Source of the DNA: Methanotrichaceae archaeon
GTDB lineage: Archaea; Halobacteriota; Methanosarcinia; Methanotrichales; Methanotrichaceae
Length of the DNA: 64,000 nucleotides
Assembly (NCBI GenBank): GCA_963813075.1
Contig: CAWEXU010000031.1
Span: 160,001 to 224,000 of the forward strand
Direction: 5' to 3'
The notes under the pieces are model-generated. The model did not search any database. It worked only from the letters and a program-made list of their open reading frames with translations, and was not told the DNA's origin. The first letter of the stretch is position 1; each line of letters opens with the position of its first letter. A program made the position numbers and the translations under genes. Below, one piece after another: positions 1 through 10,120 of the stretch.

Positions 1-323
1 AGCCTCTTTCTCAGCCGGTCCCGGATGGCAATAGCCTCGCCGTCCTCGATATGCAGGGCAACCTTAACCGGCACATAGCCCTCCTCGAACTCCAGCCGGT
101 CAATCAGAACCTTATGGCTCTCCTTGTTCTCATTAACCAGCTCCCGGGCAAAGGCCCTGGCCAGCTCATCGGGATCGCCGGAATCGACCTGGATGGAGAA
201 GAGCCTCTCCTTTTTCACATCCTCCAGGACCTTTCCATAGCCCAGCCGCCGGACCAGGGTATTCTTCACCGTGGCCGCTTCTGCATCCGGTATCTTCAGC
301 CAGACGCGCAGATTGATTAGCAT
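1..323 (-). CDS. purS: PurS-like FGAM synthase subunit, apparently two tandem PurS repeats; runs off window start
   Basis: Manual translation from ATG 323: MLINLRVWLKIPDAEAATVKNTLVRRLGYGKVLEDVKKERLFSIQV...ELVNENKE...VKVALHIEDGEAIAIRDRLRKR; overlaps purQ stop; not in ORF track. Confidence 0.7.
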   Translation of the reverse strand, partial: MLINLRVWLKIPDAEAATVKNTLVRRLGYGKVLEDVKKERLFSIQVDSGDPDELARAFARELVNENKESHKVLIDRLEFEEGYVPVKVALHIEDGEAIAIRDRLRKR

Positions 324-1126
324 GACTCCACCTCGATGTAGCGCTTCATCGACTCGAATATCCGCCTTCCTGGACCGGGCTCATCGGGCCGGTGCTTTCT
401 CGGATCGAAGGAAGGAAGCTGCCAGGCAAAGAACGCCCTCTCCGGATGGGGCATCATTCCCAGGACGTTTCCTTCCGGATTGCAGATGGCGGCAATGCTC
501 TCTGTGCTGCCGTTCACATTCACCGGGAACTCGTTTATCACCCGGCCGTTGCGATCGCAGTAGCGAAAGACCACCTGCTCCTGATCATTGAGCTTTTTGA
601 TCAGGCCGGGCGATGCCGTGACCAGGTTTCCTTCCCCATGAGCGATCGGTATCTTCAGGAGGGCGCCCATCTCAATCTGGTACGAGCCGCTGCACCTCCT
701 GGATGAGGCATCGTGCCGCAGGTACACCCAGTCGCAATAGTAGCCCCGGCGGACGATCTCTCCTTTGGATACCATCACGTTCTGGGCCAGGGCCATCTCC
801 ACCTTTCCTGCCCCCGGCACCAGACCCGGCAACAGGCCGGTCTCGACCAGGATCTGAAAGCCATTGCAGATTCCTAAGATCGGCTTATTCTTTGCCGCTT
901 CCTCTTTCAGGGCCTTTAAGACCGGCTCCTTGGAGGCAACGGCTCCTGCCCTGACCCGGTCCTGATAGGAGAACCCTCCCGGAATGATAAAGCCGTCAAA
1001 ACCGGACAGCTCTCCTTCAGGCCGGTTCCAGCGGAAGATCTCGCCCTCCATGCCCACCTCTTTGACCGCCACCAGGGTCTCAAACTCGCAGTTCGTCCCG
1101 GGGAACTGCATCACTGCGATCTTCAT
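317..1126 (-). CDS. purQ: phosphoribosylformylglycinamidine synthase glutaminase subunit
   Basis: FPGTNCE, PGGFSYQD, GICNGFQ, AHGEG, GMMPHPER motifs; ATGA overlap with purL stop. Confidence 0.97.
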   Translation of the reverse strand: MKIAVMQFPGTNCEFETLVAVKEVGMEGEIFRWNRPEGELSGFDGFIIPGGFSYQDRVRAGAVASKEPVLKALKEEAAKNKPILGICNGFQILVETGLLPGLVPGAGKVEMALAQNVMVSKGEIVRRGYYCDWVYLRHDASSRRCSGSYQIEMGALLKIPIAHGEGNLVTASPGLIKKLNDQEQVVFRYCDRNGRVINEFPVNVNGSTESIAAICNPEGNVLGMMPHPERAFFAWQLPSFDPRKHRPDEPGPGRRIFESMKRYIEVESC

Positions 1127-3489
1127 CTCATCGCCTCCGCGAGGCCACTGGTCCATGCATTCCTCGCCTCATCCAGGTCCAGGTCGGCCACAGTCTCTCC
1201 TAATCGGCTGATTTTTATCCTTCTAATCCCCGTCACCCTGCCGATCTTCGCCGGCACGAGATCATAGCTTTTCAATAATTCCTCCAGCCTCTCCTCCTTT
1301 CCAGCTTTCGCCTCCAGGAGGAAGCCCGAGGACTCCGAGAAGAGAAGCTTATCCGTTCTCAGATCCATTTCGCCGCTCACCACCCCATCCAGATCCAGCT
1401 CGATGCCGAACCTGGCCGGCCTGGTTACGGCCATCTCCATTGCCGTCGCCGCCAGCCCGCCATTGGATATGTCGTGGGCTGCTGCAAGCAATCCCTCCTC
1501 TATGGCATCGATGACCGCATAGATCATGCTCCTCTCCAGGTCGAACCGAACCCGAGGAACATTGGCTCCCATGACTCCGAAGATGGTCTTGTAGTATTCC
1601 GACCCGCCCAGCTCATCAAACCGGGGCCCGATCAGATAGAGGTTATCTTTTGCCGCCTTCAGATCCATGGTGATTGCTTTGTCGAAATCCCTGATGATTC
1701 CCACACAGGCGATCACAGGCGAGGGGTCAACTGAACCCTTTGGAGACTCGTTATAAAAGCTCACATTTCCTGAGACTATGGGCACGGGAATTCTCTCATC
1801 CTTATAGTCCTTCAGCCAGAGGTTCTTGCAGGACTCGGCCAGGCCCTTCACCCCTTCCCGGAACTCCCAGAAGGCCTCGGGCTTCTCCGGGTTGCCATAG
1901 TTCAGGCAGTCGGTGAGAGTGGCTGGCGTCGCCCCTATGGCCGCCACATTTCTCATCGCCTCGGCCACTGCGGTCGCTCCTCCCCAGTAGGGGCTGATCC
2001 GGCCGTAAAAGGGATTGGAGTCCACAGCCAGGGCCACGCCGAACCTCTCCCCCCGGACAGGGGCGATAAGTCCCGCGTCCGCCTCTCCCGGACGGATCAC
2101 TGCGTTGCCCATGACCTCGGTATCATAGTATCTATAAATGTGTTCCCGGGAGGCGATGTTCGGTGACCTCAGGATCTTGAGCAGGACCTGATTATAGTCC
2201 TCTGGCTCGCTGTTTTCGGGCTCAGGTTCGCTATAGATCCTCTCGGATTCCGTTCTCTGGTAGCGGATGCCTGCGGTCAGGTGCTGGATGAGCACATCGC
2301 ACACCGTCTCGCCCTTATGCCGGGCAACAAACCTGTCACCGGTATTGATCTTGCCCACAACGCTCGCCCTTGCCCCCTCGTAGACATTGGGCAGATCCCA
2401 GTCCTCGTTATAGATCTTCAGGATCTTCTCTCTCAATTCCTCCGGGGCGATGATCAGGAAACGCTCCTGGGTCTCGGCTATGCTCAGCACCTCGGGAGGA
2501 AGGTCTGCCGCTTTGTGCATCTCGTCCAGGTCGATCTCCATTCCGAAGCCTCCTGCCGCCCCCATCTCCGAAGTGGCGCAGGTGAAGCCCCCGCCTCCCA
2601 GGTCCTTGAACCCGATCTCGATTCCCGACTCCCGCGCCAGGCGGAATAAGTCGCTGTTCGCCTTGAAGAGGACGTTCTTCAGGAAGGGATCTGGGATCTG
2701 CACTGCTCCCCGGTTGGTCTCCTCGTCCTCCTCTCGCAGGGCTTCAGAGGCAAATGTGACCCCGCCGAGGCCGCTTGCGTCCGTGGGCTTGCCAACCAGG
2801 ATAACGTCGTAGCCCTTCTCCCCCGCCAGCGGCGGAGCACGGGAGCGGATGATCTGGTCGCGGCGGACTATTCCCAGGGATACCACGTTAACCAGGCAGT
2901 TGTCGTCGAAACTCTCATTAAAGACCACATCGCCGGCCATGTTCGGCACGCCCAGGGCATTGCCGTACTGCCAGATTCCATCCACCACCCCTTCTGCCAC
3001 CCAGCGAACCTTGCTGGCCTTGGGGCCGAAGGGATCTCCGAAGCGCAGCGGGTCCGCGGTGGCAATCACCGTTGCTCCCATGCAGTTCACATCGCGGACG
3101 ATTCCCCCGATACCCGTCGCTGCTCCCTCATTTGGCAGGATCTGGCTGGGGTGGTTGTGGCTCTCATGGGATATGACCACGCACCAATTGTCATCGATGG
3201 CCACTATTCCCGAGTCCTCGACCGGCCCCATTACCACATTGGGAGCATCTGAGGGCAGGAATTCCTTTAAGGTGGCGCGGGAGCTCTTGTAAGAGCAGTG
3301 CTCGGACCACATGGCATCATAGCAGAATAGCTCGGTGAGGGTGGGATCGCGGCCCAGGACCTCGGCGATGGAACGCGCTTCATCGACGGACATGCCTATG
3401 CCCGCCCCGCGGAGACTTGATTCTACTTCAGGATCGGCAAAACCGATTATCTTCAATTGGGTACACCTCTGGTAGCTAAGCTTATGCAT
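1123..3489 (-). CDS. purL: phosphoribosylformylglycinamidine synthase synthetase subunit
   Basis: WSEHCSYKSS, ESHNHPS, GAATGIGGIVRD, DCLNYGNPE, SGNVSFYNE motifs. Confidence 0.97.
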   Translation of the reverse strand: MHKLSYQRCTQLKIIGFADPEVESSLRGAGIGMSVDEARSIAEVLGRDPTLTELFCYDAMWSEHCSYKSSRATLKEFLPSDAPNVVMGPVEDSGIVAIDDNWCVVISHESHNHPSQILPNEGAATGIGGIVRDVNCMGATVIATADPLRFGDPFGPKASKVRWVAEGVVDGIWQYGNALGVPNMAGDVVFNESFDDNCLVNVVSLGIVRRDQIIRSRAPPLAGEKGYDVILVGKPTDASGLGGVTFASEALREEDEETNRGAVQIPDPFLKNVLFKANSDLFRLARESGIEIGFKDLGGGGFTCATSEMGAAGGFGMEIDLDEMHKAADLPPEVLSIAETQERFLIIAPEELREKILKIYNEDWDLPNVYEGARASVVGKINTGDRFVARHKGETVCDVLIQHLTAGIRYQRTESERIYSEPEPENSEPEDYNQVLLKILRSPNIASREHIYRYYDTEVMGNAVIRPGEADAGLIAPVRGERFGVALAVDSNPFYGRISPYWGGATAVAEAMRNVAAIGATPATLTDCLNYGNPEKPEAFWEFREGVKGLAESCKNLWLKDYKDERIPVPIVSGNVSFYNESPKGSVDPSPVIACVGIIRDFDKAITMDLKAAKDNLYLIGPRFDELGGSEYYKTIFGVMGANVPRVRFDLERSMIYAVIDAIEEGLLAAAHDISNGGLAATAMEMAVTRPARFGIELDLDGVVSGEMDLRTDKLLFSESSGFLLEAKAGKEERLEELLKSYDLVPAKIGRVTGIRRIKISRLGETVADLDLDEARNAWTSGLAEAMR

Positions 3490-3556
3490 ACGAGGAACGT
3501 TATGAATTTATCGATCCTTTTCTTTCCAGAAAAAAATTGCATCCCGCGCTCATCAG

Positions 3557-4489
3557 TTAGCTTAAAGCCCCCTCCTCTACTGTTGCCAGAACCTGCAGGT
3601 TAGACCCATCTTGACTTTTATGCGCTCCGCCAATAGCATAGATCTTGTCATGAGGAACAGCAGCGGCAGCAGAAGCCAGGAACCATCTGGAGGCGAGCAT
3701 GGGCGATTTGACCGTCCAGGTGTTGTTGACGGGATCGTACTCTTCAGCGATGTTGCTCGGACGGCAACCATAAAGCCCTCCAATGGCATACACCATGTCA
3801 TTGCTCGCTCCAACCGCGGCCAGGCAATATCTGCCTGTTGAAATTGGAGCGCAAGAGGTCCATGTATCGGTCTTCGGATCGTACTCCTCGACGATGTCCA
3901 ATGGGATTCCCTCTTTGCCTATCCCTCCAATCGCATAGATCTTTCCGTTGGTCGCAGCAGCAACGGCAAGCTCGCCTCTTGGAGTAGGCATGGGCTTGAG
4001 GGACTTCCAGACATCATTCAAAGGATCGTAGCAATCGACCGCATCCAGCACCCATCCTTGATTTTTTGTCCCCCATCCGCCAATGCAATAGATCTTCCCA
4101 TCCTTTGCTCCCAGGGCGGATCCAAAAAGAGATCGAGCTGTGGGCATCGGTGCCCTGGTGGTCCAGAGATCTCTCATTGGATCATATTCCTCAACGATGT
4201 CAAGCGGCATTTGGCTATATCCGCCTAAAGCATAAATCTTGCCGGTGATTGCGGAAGTCAAAGATAGATCAGATCTCGGGGTTGGCATCGGGCTTCTGGT
4301 TACCCAACTGTTGGATAAAGGCATGAATTCTTCCATTGTCCCGACGGGATTGCTGAGTGTATCCTGATCCGGTCCAGATTGGACTGCTGAATCTCCACCG
4401 CAAGCATATACCCGTCCCATGCTGATCGCTGCTCCCAAGCATGATCGAGGTTGATTCATATCAGCTCTTGTTTTCCAGGTTATATTCAT
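3557..4489 (-). CDS. Kelch-repeat beta-propeller protein
   Basis: About six repeats of GKIYAxGG...VEEYDP...W...PMPTxR; RBS-like aggtga before ATG 4489. Confidence 0.92.
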   Translation of the reverse strand: MNITWKTRADMNQPRSCLGAAISMGRVYACGGDSAVQSGPDQDTLSNPVGTMEEFMPLSNSWVTRSPMPTPRSDLSLTSAITGKIYALGGYSQMPLDIVEEYDPMRDLWTTRAPMPTARSLFGSALGAKDGKIYCIGGWGTKNQGWVLDAVDCYDPLNDVWKSLKPMPTPRGELAVAAATNGKIYAIGGIGKEGIPLDIVEEYDPKTDTWTSCAPISTGRYCLAAVGASNDMVYAIGGLYGCRPSNIAEEYDPVNNTWTVKSPMLASRWFLASAAAAVPHDKIYAIGGAHKSQDGSNLQVLATVEEGALS

Positions 4490-4500
4490 GATCTCACCTT

Positions 4501-6663
4501 TCAATTATTCAGCAGGTCTTTGGTATACGACTTTCCGTCACTGGTTTGTGCCATAACATTGCGCTGGCCAATATTGTTATCAAAACGAACTAGACGGTCA
4601 GTAGGCGTTGGGCCATTTGCACAGGACAATGTAGATGCCGGGTCTGCATTGCTCAGGTCCCCATCAGCGCTAACATACATCAAGAAACTCTCCTGGCCTG
4701 ATTTTGGTATCCATTTAAATGGACCGACTATCACCTCATCACCCGGATTCAGGGTCTTTCCTGGAGGACTCAGCTCTGGGGTAATCATGGGATTCCAGCT
4801 ATCTGGCCAAATAAGGCTAGCAGATTGTCTGCTATTATAGCCTCTCACCACTACATTTTGTGCTATTTCGCTTCCTCGATTTTTAATCTTTACGTAGACG
4901 TGATTTAAGATGTTCTGGCATGGCGTCTCATGTTCTGTGCCGGCATCCGGGTGATGACGATTCCATATATCCTGATTCTCCCAGAAGACCTCCTGATACT
5001 CATATCCACCGTTCTGGCCACCGTCAATATAGACGTCAACATTGCCCTGCATGGTGAACTCTGACCAGAATCCTCGCAGCCGGAAGGCATCCCACATCAC
5101 CTTATGGCCAACTCCGCCGTATTCCGGCAGGGCGATATTCTCGTCGACCATGGCCATAGCAGCATCCATCATATTAGGATTGGTGGTCAGATTGAAGTAA
5201 ACCAGGATCATGGTTCTGAGCAGCTCGTCACGGGAGGCCATCTGAGTGGCAGTGCTCGCTGAATCTCCTCCTATATTGCAGTAGATATTCCACAGCGCTG
5301 CTGCCCAGATCTCGCCATCATCATGCTCCTCGTCCGCCCAGTCGTCAGGATAGATCTTACCGCCGTCCACCCGGCGCAGCCCCCCGGGGGCGAAGACCCA
5401 GTCCTCAAACACTTCCCTTTGAAATGGATGCTCCGGAGAGTAGTAGACACAGGCAAGGATATCGCTGAAGCCTTCGCCGAGGGCGCGGGATTCCAAGCGC
5501 CCGGTCACGGGATTAGGAATCCCAGATGGTCCATAGCCGGGCTTCATATTGTCCATAATGGCATGATTATATTCATGATAGATACAATCCGCGTCCTCTG
5601 CTCTATTTGGTCGGCAGTTGCCAGAATCACCGAAATGCAGGCCCTTATCTCCCGGCGAGTAGAATCCGCCTCCCCCATTTCCATTATCATGGGCATCGGC
5701 TTCAATTTGCCTGTTGTTTGCATTGTTGATGCCGAGGGTATTTTGGATGTATCTCTGCATGGTGTCTACATGATAGTATACCATAACCGCTTCAAATCCA
5801 TCGTTATTGCTCAGGTAGTTGAATGCGGGTTCTGTTTCCTCCGGGGGAGCGATATTAGGGGCACCGAAATCTCTGAGCTTGACGAAAGGACCTTCAAGCT
5901 TATACTTTCCTCCTGACAGAGTAATGCTGTTAAGAGTCCGGGAAACCCTCTGTCCATCGATGGTAGCTTGAGGAGTGCCGTCGAATCCGCAGGTGGCTAT
6001 CGTTGCCGATGGATCGCGAAAGGTATTATCAATTGCGGTGACAACAGGATTTGGATCAAATACCATTCCTGTGCCATCATCCTCCCAGATTTCATCTTCC
6101 TTTAACAATATCTCGCCGCTATAGGCATCGACAATAATCCTCCAGTCGTGAGCCGGATCTTTAGTGAGAACCATCACCTCATATGCCAGCTGCAGGCCAT
6201 CTGGTGTGGGGAAGTATACCTGTTTTGGAGCGCTTATCTCTTTTCGCAATATATGCTCTCCAATCGAATCGAGTGCTGCATTGATTGCCGATTCAGGGCT
6301 CAATGCTTCCCTTTTTCCTTTAATCGCCGGCGCGACCCTGATAGACGGAGCTGGCATCAGGTCGATTTGCTGAACCCTTTGAGATCGATCGAGCCTTACC
6401 TGAATCTCGCTATTCAAGATAGGAATTCCGTTCTTCGTTTGTATATATCGGACGACCCTCCCGGTTGGCGTTTCCACGTCCTGTACTTTCATCAGGTCGT
6501 CTGCCTGCATATTCAGCTCCAGCTCATCAATATTGGCAAATAGAAAAGATTTGACTCCATCTTTAGAAGTCTCAGCAACTGGCAGTTCAAAGTTTCCTCG
6601 AACTTTTAGAACACGGCCAGTTTGACGGTCTCTAGTGAATTGGCTGCCAGTGAGTTTAGTCAT
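4501..6663 (-). CDS. M36/M4-like zinc metallopeptidase with FTP/PepSY-like propeptide and C-terminal beta domain
   Basis: HEYNH zinc motif, ALGEGFSD third ligand, HDDGEIWAAALW; propeptide-like RYIQTKNGIPI and IIVDAYSGEIL; no evident signal peptide. Confidence 0.85.
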   Translation of the reverse strand: MTKLTGSQFTRDRQTGRVLKVRGNFELPVAETSKDGVKSFLFANIDELELNMQADDLMKVQDVETPTGRVVRYIQTKNGIPILNSEIQVRLDRSQRVQQIDLMPAPSIRVAPAIKGKREALSPESAINAALDSIGEHILRKEISAPKQVYFPTPDGLQLAYEVMVLTKDPAHDWRIIVDAYSGEILLKEDEIWEDDGTGMVFDPNPVVTAIDNTFRDPSATIATCGFDGTPQATIDGQRVSRTLNSITLSGGKYKLEGPFVKLRDFGAPNIAPPEETEPAFNYLSNNDGFEAVMVYYHVDTMQRYIQNTLGINNANNRQIEADAHDNGNGGGGFYSPGDKGLHFGDSGNCRPNRAEDADCIYHEYNHAIMDNMKPGYGPSGIPNPVTGRLESRALGEGFSDILACVYYSPEHPFQREVFEDWVFAPGGLRRVDGGKIYPDDWADEEHDDGEIWAAALWNIYCNIGGDSASTATQMASRDELLRTMILVYFNLTTNPNMMDAAMAMVDENIALPEYGGVGHKVMWDAFRLRGFWSEFTMQGNVDVYIDGGQNGGYEYQEVFWENQDIWNRHHPDAGTEHETPCQNILNHVYVKIKNRGSEIAQNVVVRGYNSRQSASLIWPDSWNPMITPELSPPGKTLNPGDEVIVGPFKWIPKSGQESFLMYVSADGDLSNADPASTLSCANGPTPTDRLVRFDNNIGQRNVMAQTSDGKSYTKDLLNN

Positions 6664-6871
6664 ATCCTTGATCCTCCATTATCTAACACAAAATATATCA
6701 TTTATATGAGCGGTACCAAGATATATAGATTCCGTTCTAATTATCCGGTAATGATGAATTCGATAAACAGTTTGCTTTCAGGCTAATAATGAAGCGTGCA
6801 AAATATATATAAAATAATTAAAAAATTTTGAGTGTCATTTAGGTTTATCTGATCATGGGCTCAACCATTCT

Positions 6872-7153
6872 CTATCTGATCTTGGCCTCCACCATATCTT
6901 CTCTGAGCCGGCACAGGTTTTCAGCCCCCCGGATGTAGAACCAGTAGTGCACAATCACCAGAATACCCCATCCGACTGGCGAGTACCACATTGCCAGGGC
7001 AGGATCTATCTTGATATAGCCCATCATGTTCAATAGCAGCCAAATTATGTTCACTACCAGATATATAGCGATGTGAATCTTGAACAGCTTCATCTGGTCG
7101 GCAACAGTGGCTTCTCGGAAAAGCTTCTTGTACTCATCAATTTTTCCCGCCAT
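6872..7153 (-). CDS. 2TM-domain small membrane protein
   Basis: FKIHIAIYLVVN and GWGILVIVH motifs, two TM segments. Confidence 0.75.
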   Translation of the reverse strand: MAGKIDEYKKLFREATVADQMKLFKIHIAIYLVVNIIWLLLNMMGYIKIDPALAMWYSPVGWGILVIVHYWFYIRGAENLCRLREDMVEAKIR

Positions 7154-7275
7154 TTTTTCACCTACCCTAGATTTTAGTAGCATCTACATTGCACATATGA
7201 TTATTTAAAGATATTGAATATGATTGTTAACATGAAAAAAACTATGGCCGTCAGGATCTCTCCAGACGCTCAATC

Positions 7276-7935
7276 CTATTTTTCTATGCTTTTGCATCCC
7301 TTCCATCTTTTTGCAGGGATGGGTATCATTCTTCGGACCTCTTTTTGGTAATCAATATACTCCTGCCCGAACTGTTTGATGAGCCTCTTCTCCCAGTGAA
7401 GGGAGCCCATGAAAAGATAAACCGTAGTCAGAAGATATACCAGCAATAGGTTCTCAGTCATGAAGGGGGTGAGCCAAATGAGCAGAAAGCCAGAGAGCAG
7501 AAATGGATCGCGAATCCAGCAGTATATCCCCCGAGCACCCAGGGCGAATGCACCCGGGCTGTGCCCTTCGCCAAGCTGTGCCCGGATGAGGAAACGGTGA
7601 GGAGCATCCAGAAATGCCCTTAAGGAAGCCAGTCCAACCACCAGCTGGGCGGCAAATGCCAGCCAGATCCACGGGCTGGGCAGGATATAGAGCAGCCGGC
7701 CGGGATAGAAGAATAAAATGACCACCAGTGGGAGAAAGGTGACAGCCGCCACCGCAGAGAAGAAGACCGGATACCAGGGGTCAACCCTGGAGCCGAAATG
7801 ATCCTTTGCCATCCTCTTGGCAGGCAGGCTGGCAAGAAAGCTATGCAATGCTGCAAAGCCGATGAGATAAATAACCGGATAAAGCGATGTGCTATCGATA
7901 GGATGACCCCCGAGTGCGTCGAATATTGTACCCAT
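7276..7935 (-). CDS. isoprenylcysteine carboxyl methyltransferase / NnrU-like membrane protein
   Basis: Several TM helices, GIYCWIRDP, WEKRLIKQFGQEYIDYQKEV; start taken at MGTIFD. Confidence 0.75.
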   Translation of the reverse strand: MGTIFDALGGHPIDSTSLYPVIYLIGFAALHSFLASLPAKRMAKDHFGSRVDPWYPVFFSAVAAVTFLPLVVILFFYPGRLLYILPSPWIWLAFAAQLVVGLASLRAFLDAPHRFLIRAQLGEGHSPGAFALGARGIYCWIRDPFLLSGFLLIWLTPFMTENLLLVYLLTTVYLFMGSLHWEKRLIKQFGQEYIDYQKEVRRMIPIPAKRWKGCKSIEK

Positions 7936-8022
7936 ATCCTGGGCTCTGGTGGTTAATTGCTCTGTCGGTCTTTGCGGTTGAGGCAGGGATTTATATCTTG
8001 ATAAATGATAAAGAAGCTCTCT

Positions 8023-8514
8023 ATGGTTTTCAAATTGCCCTCGATGAAAAAGCAGGAGTACGACCGGCTGATAGAAGAGGAGTACATCTGCCGGATAGCC
8101 TTTAAGGGAGAGAGCCACCCTCATGTGGCCCCGTTTCTTTACATATTCGATGGCAAGTTCATGTATTTCCTGTCCACAAAATATGGAAAAAAGGTCATTC
8201 ACTTCAGGCAGAATCCCGCTGTTACCGTGGAGGTTGAAAGATACAGCCCGGACCTCTCCAGCTTCTCGTTCGTCTCTCTGCCTGGAAGGCTGGAGGAGGA
8301 AATGGACCCCAAGATCAAGTGCTTTGTGAGAGAGGCTTTTGTGGAGCTGATCCGGAAGAAAAACCTCTCATCCAATGTGCTCAGCGCTCTCGGGCACTCT
8401 CCGGACGAGCCGGTGGAGGCATTGCTCACCGAGGGGCGCAACAGCGTCTGGAAGCTGGTGGGTGTGAAAGTGGGAAAAATCTCCGGTCTGAAGCATTCGG
8501 ATGGATCAAAATGA
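8023..8514 (+). CDS. pyridoxamine 5'-phosphate oxidase-like flavin-binding protein
   Basis: CRIAF...PHVAP...GKK...NPAVTVEV split-barrel motif. Confidence 0.8.
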   Translation: MVFKLPSMKKQEYDRLIEEEYICRIAFKGESHPHVAPFLYIFDGKFMYFLSTKYGKKVIHFRQNPAVTVEVERYSPDLSSFSFVSLPGRLEEEMDPKIKCFVREAFVELIRKKNLSSNVLSALGHSPDEPVEALLTEGRNSVWKLVGVKVGKISGLKHSDGSK

Positions 8515-9844
8515 ATTGATCTTCTCGATGTAGCCCTTAATGCTGAACTTGGTTTTCGCTCCGTTGTAGCTCATATAGCGCACCTTGCCGAATATCGGCC
8601 TCTCCTTCCAGGCACGGTCGTGCACTCCTCCAATAGACCAGGCGATCCCTGTATAGCCGTTGGGATCCCTGCCATCCAGCTCATATCGGTCGTTAAGGTA
8701 TATCGCTGCCTTGAGGGCCTCTGCTGGACTTCTCGTCCACTCCAGGATCTTCTTCGCCCAGTACATCCTCATATATCCGTGCATCTTTCCCCGAAGGAGC
8801 ATCTCCATCTGGGCGGCATTCCACAGGTCGTCATGGGTTTTCGCCTCTTCCAGCTCCTTGATGCTATACAGGTATTCGCGCGGATCATTCTCATGCTGCT
8901 TTAGGGTCTCCTGTGCCCAGTTGGGAAAGCCCTGCACCGAGTCGTATTGAGGATTATAGCAGCAGAAGTTGTCTGCCAGCTCCCGCCGCACTACCAGTTC
9001 CTCTAAGAAAGCGCTCGAATCGGTCAAGCTGGACAGTGCCGCGAGGGCTACCCTTTGGGCGGATATCTGGCCGAAATGAAGGTAAATTGAGAGGCCGGAC
9101 TGGCCGTTTTTCACTGGATTGTTCCGGTCAATGTCATAGCGAATAAGCCCCTGATCGATGAACTTATCGAGGTGCTTTTTCGCCGCCCTCTCCCCAGGCA
9201 GGGCCCAATTCACGTCGGGTGTATGGTCCACTCTTATCGTCCTCTCCGCGGTCTGCCAGTCGTTGTCTACCACCTCCGGCCAGGGGAAGGGATGCTTCTT
9301 TGTGAGGGGGAAGTCCACCAGGTACTCGTCCAGCAGACGGTGAATCTTCGGCCGGATGCTGTAGGCCGCCCATTCCTGCTTTATTGAAGCCTGCCAGCAG
9401 GGGATGATGTTGTGGCCGTCAACCTCATAAAAGGGTATATTCACCTCGCTGGCTATTGACCTTTGCCAGTGCATCTTGATTCGCAATGGAGAGAAGTCCG
9501 AGACCAGGGCTCCTGCCTCATGAGAGCGGAGAAACTGGGGGATTTTTTCCGCTGGATCTCCAAAGAGCAGGAAAAAGGGGATATCAAATTCAGCAAGACC
9601 TGCCTCCACCTCTTTTAATCCTTTCAGCATGAAATTATACTGAGAGCTTGTGGCCCCCAGGAACTGAGGTGATATGCAAAAGAGCACCGCCAGAGGAGAC
9701 TTCTCTTTCATGGCCAGCTCCTGGGCGAAACAATAATGGCCAATTATCAGCCACTCGCTGCTCCCGGCTCATCCAGTAGAATACTGCACCCTTTTTCTCT
9801 TTGGCCTCGACCAGGAGTCTGGTTCTCTTAGGATTCACAGGCAT
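8506..9844 (-). CDS. phrB: class II CPD photolyase, one frameshift near 9725
   Basis: YWMSREQRVADNW in 5' frame; SGLSIYLHFGQ, EELVVRRELADNFC, GKMHGYMRMYWAKKI, DGRDPNGY in 3' frame. Confidence 0.92.
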
Positions 9845-9888
9845 TGTAGCATATAACAACCTCGCAATCTAATTTAAACCCGGCCGTC

Positions 9889-10050
9889 CATATTTCGAGG
9901 CATATTTCAATACATATTTGTGAATCGTATTTATGAATCGTATTTATGAATCGTATTTATGAATCTTATTTATAAATAGTATTTGAAAATAGTATTTACA
10001 AATCATATTTTTAAATCGTATTTAAGAATTGTATTTGCGATCCGTATTTG
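9889..10050. repeat. degenerate 13-bp tandem array (consensus GAATCGTATTTAT), 13 units
   Basis: TATTT core at 9891, 9903, 9915, then every 13 bp to 10045; three perfect units at 9922-9960. Confidence 0.9.
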
Positions 10051-10120
10051 ACAAAAAGGCTCAGAAAATATATATTCATAAGAGCGATATGGGTTAGGAA
10101 AAGACGAGGAGATGGCTTAA

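Noticed and set aside
7936..8202. N-terminal extension of the 7276-8202 ORF
   Set aside because: Overlaps the divergent flavin-binding gene and its promoter; the true start is more likely ATG 7935
9889..10050. CRISPR array or replication origin
   Set aside because: Units are contiguous 13-mers with no unique spacers; no cas or cdc6/orc gene and no ORB-like G-string nearby
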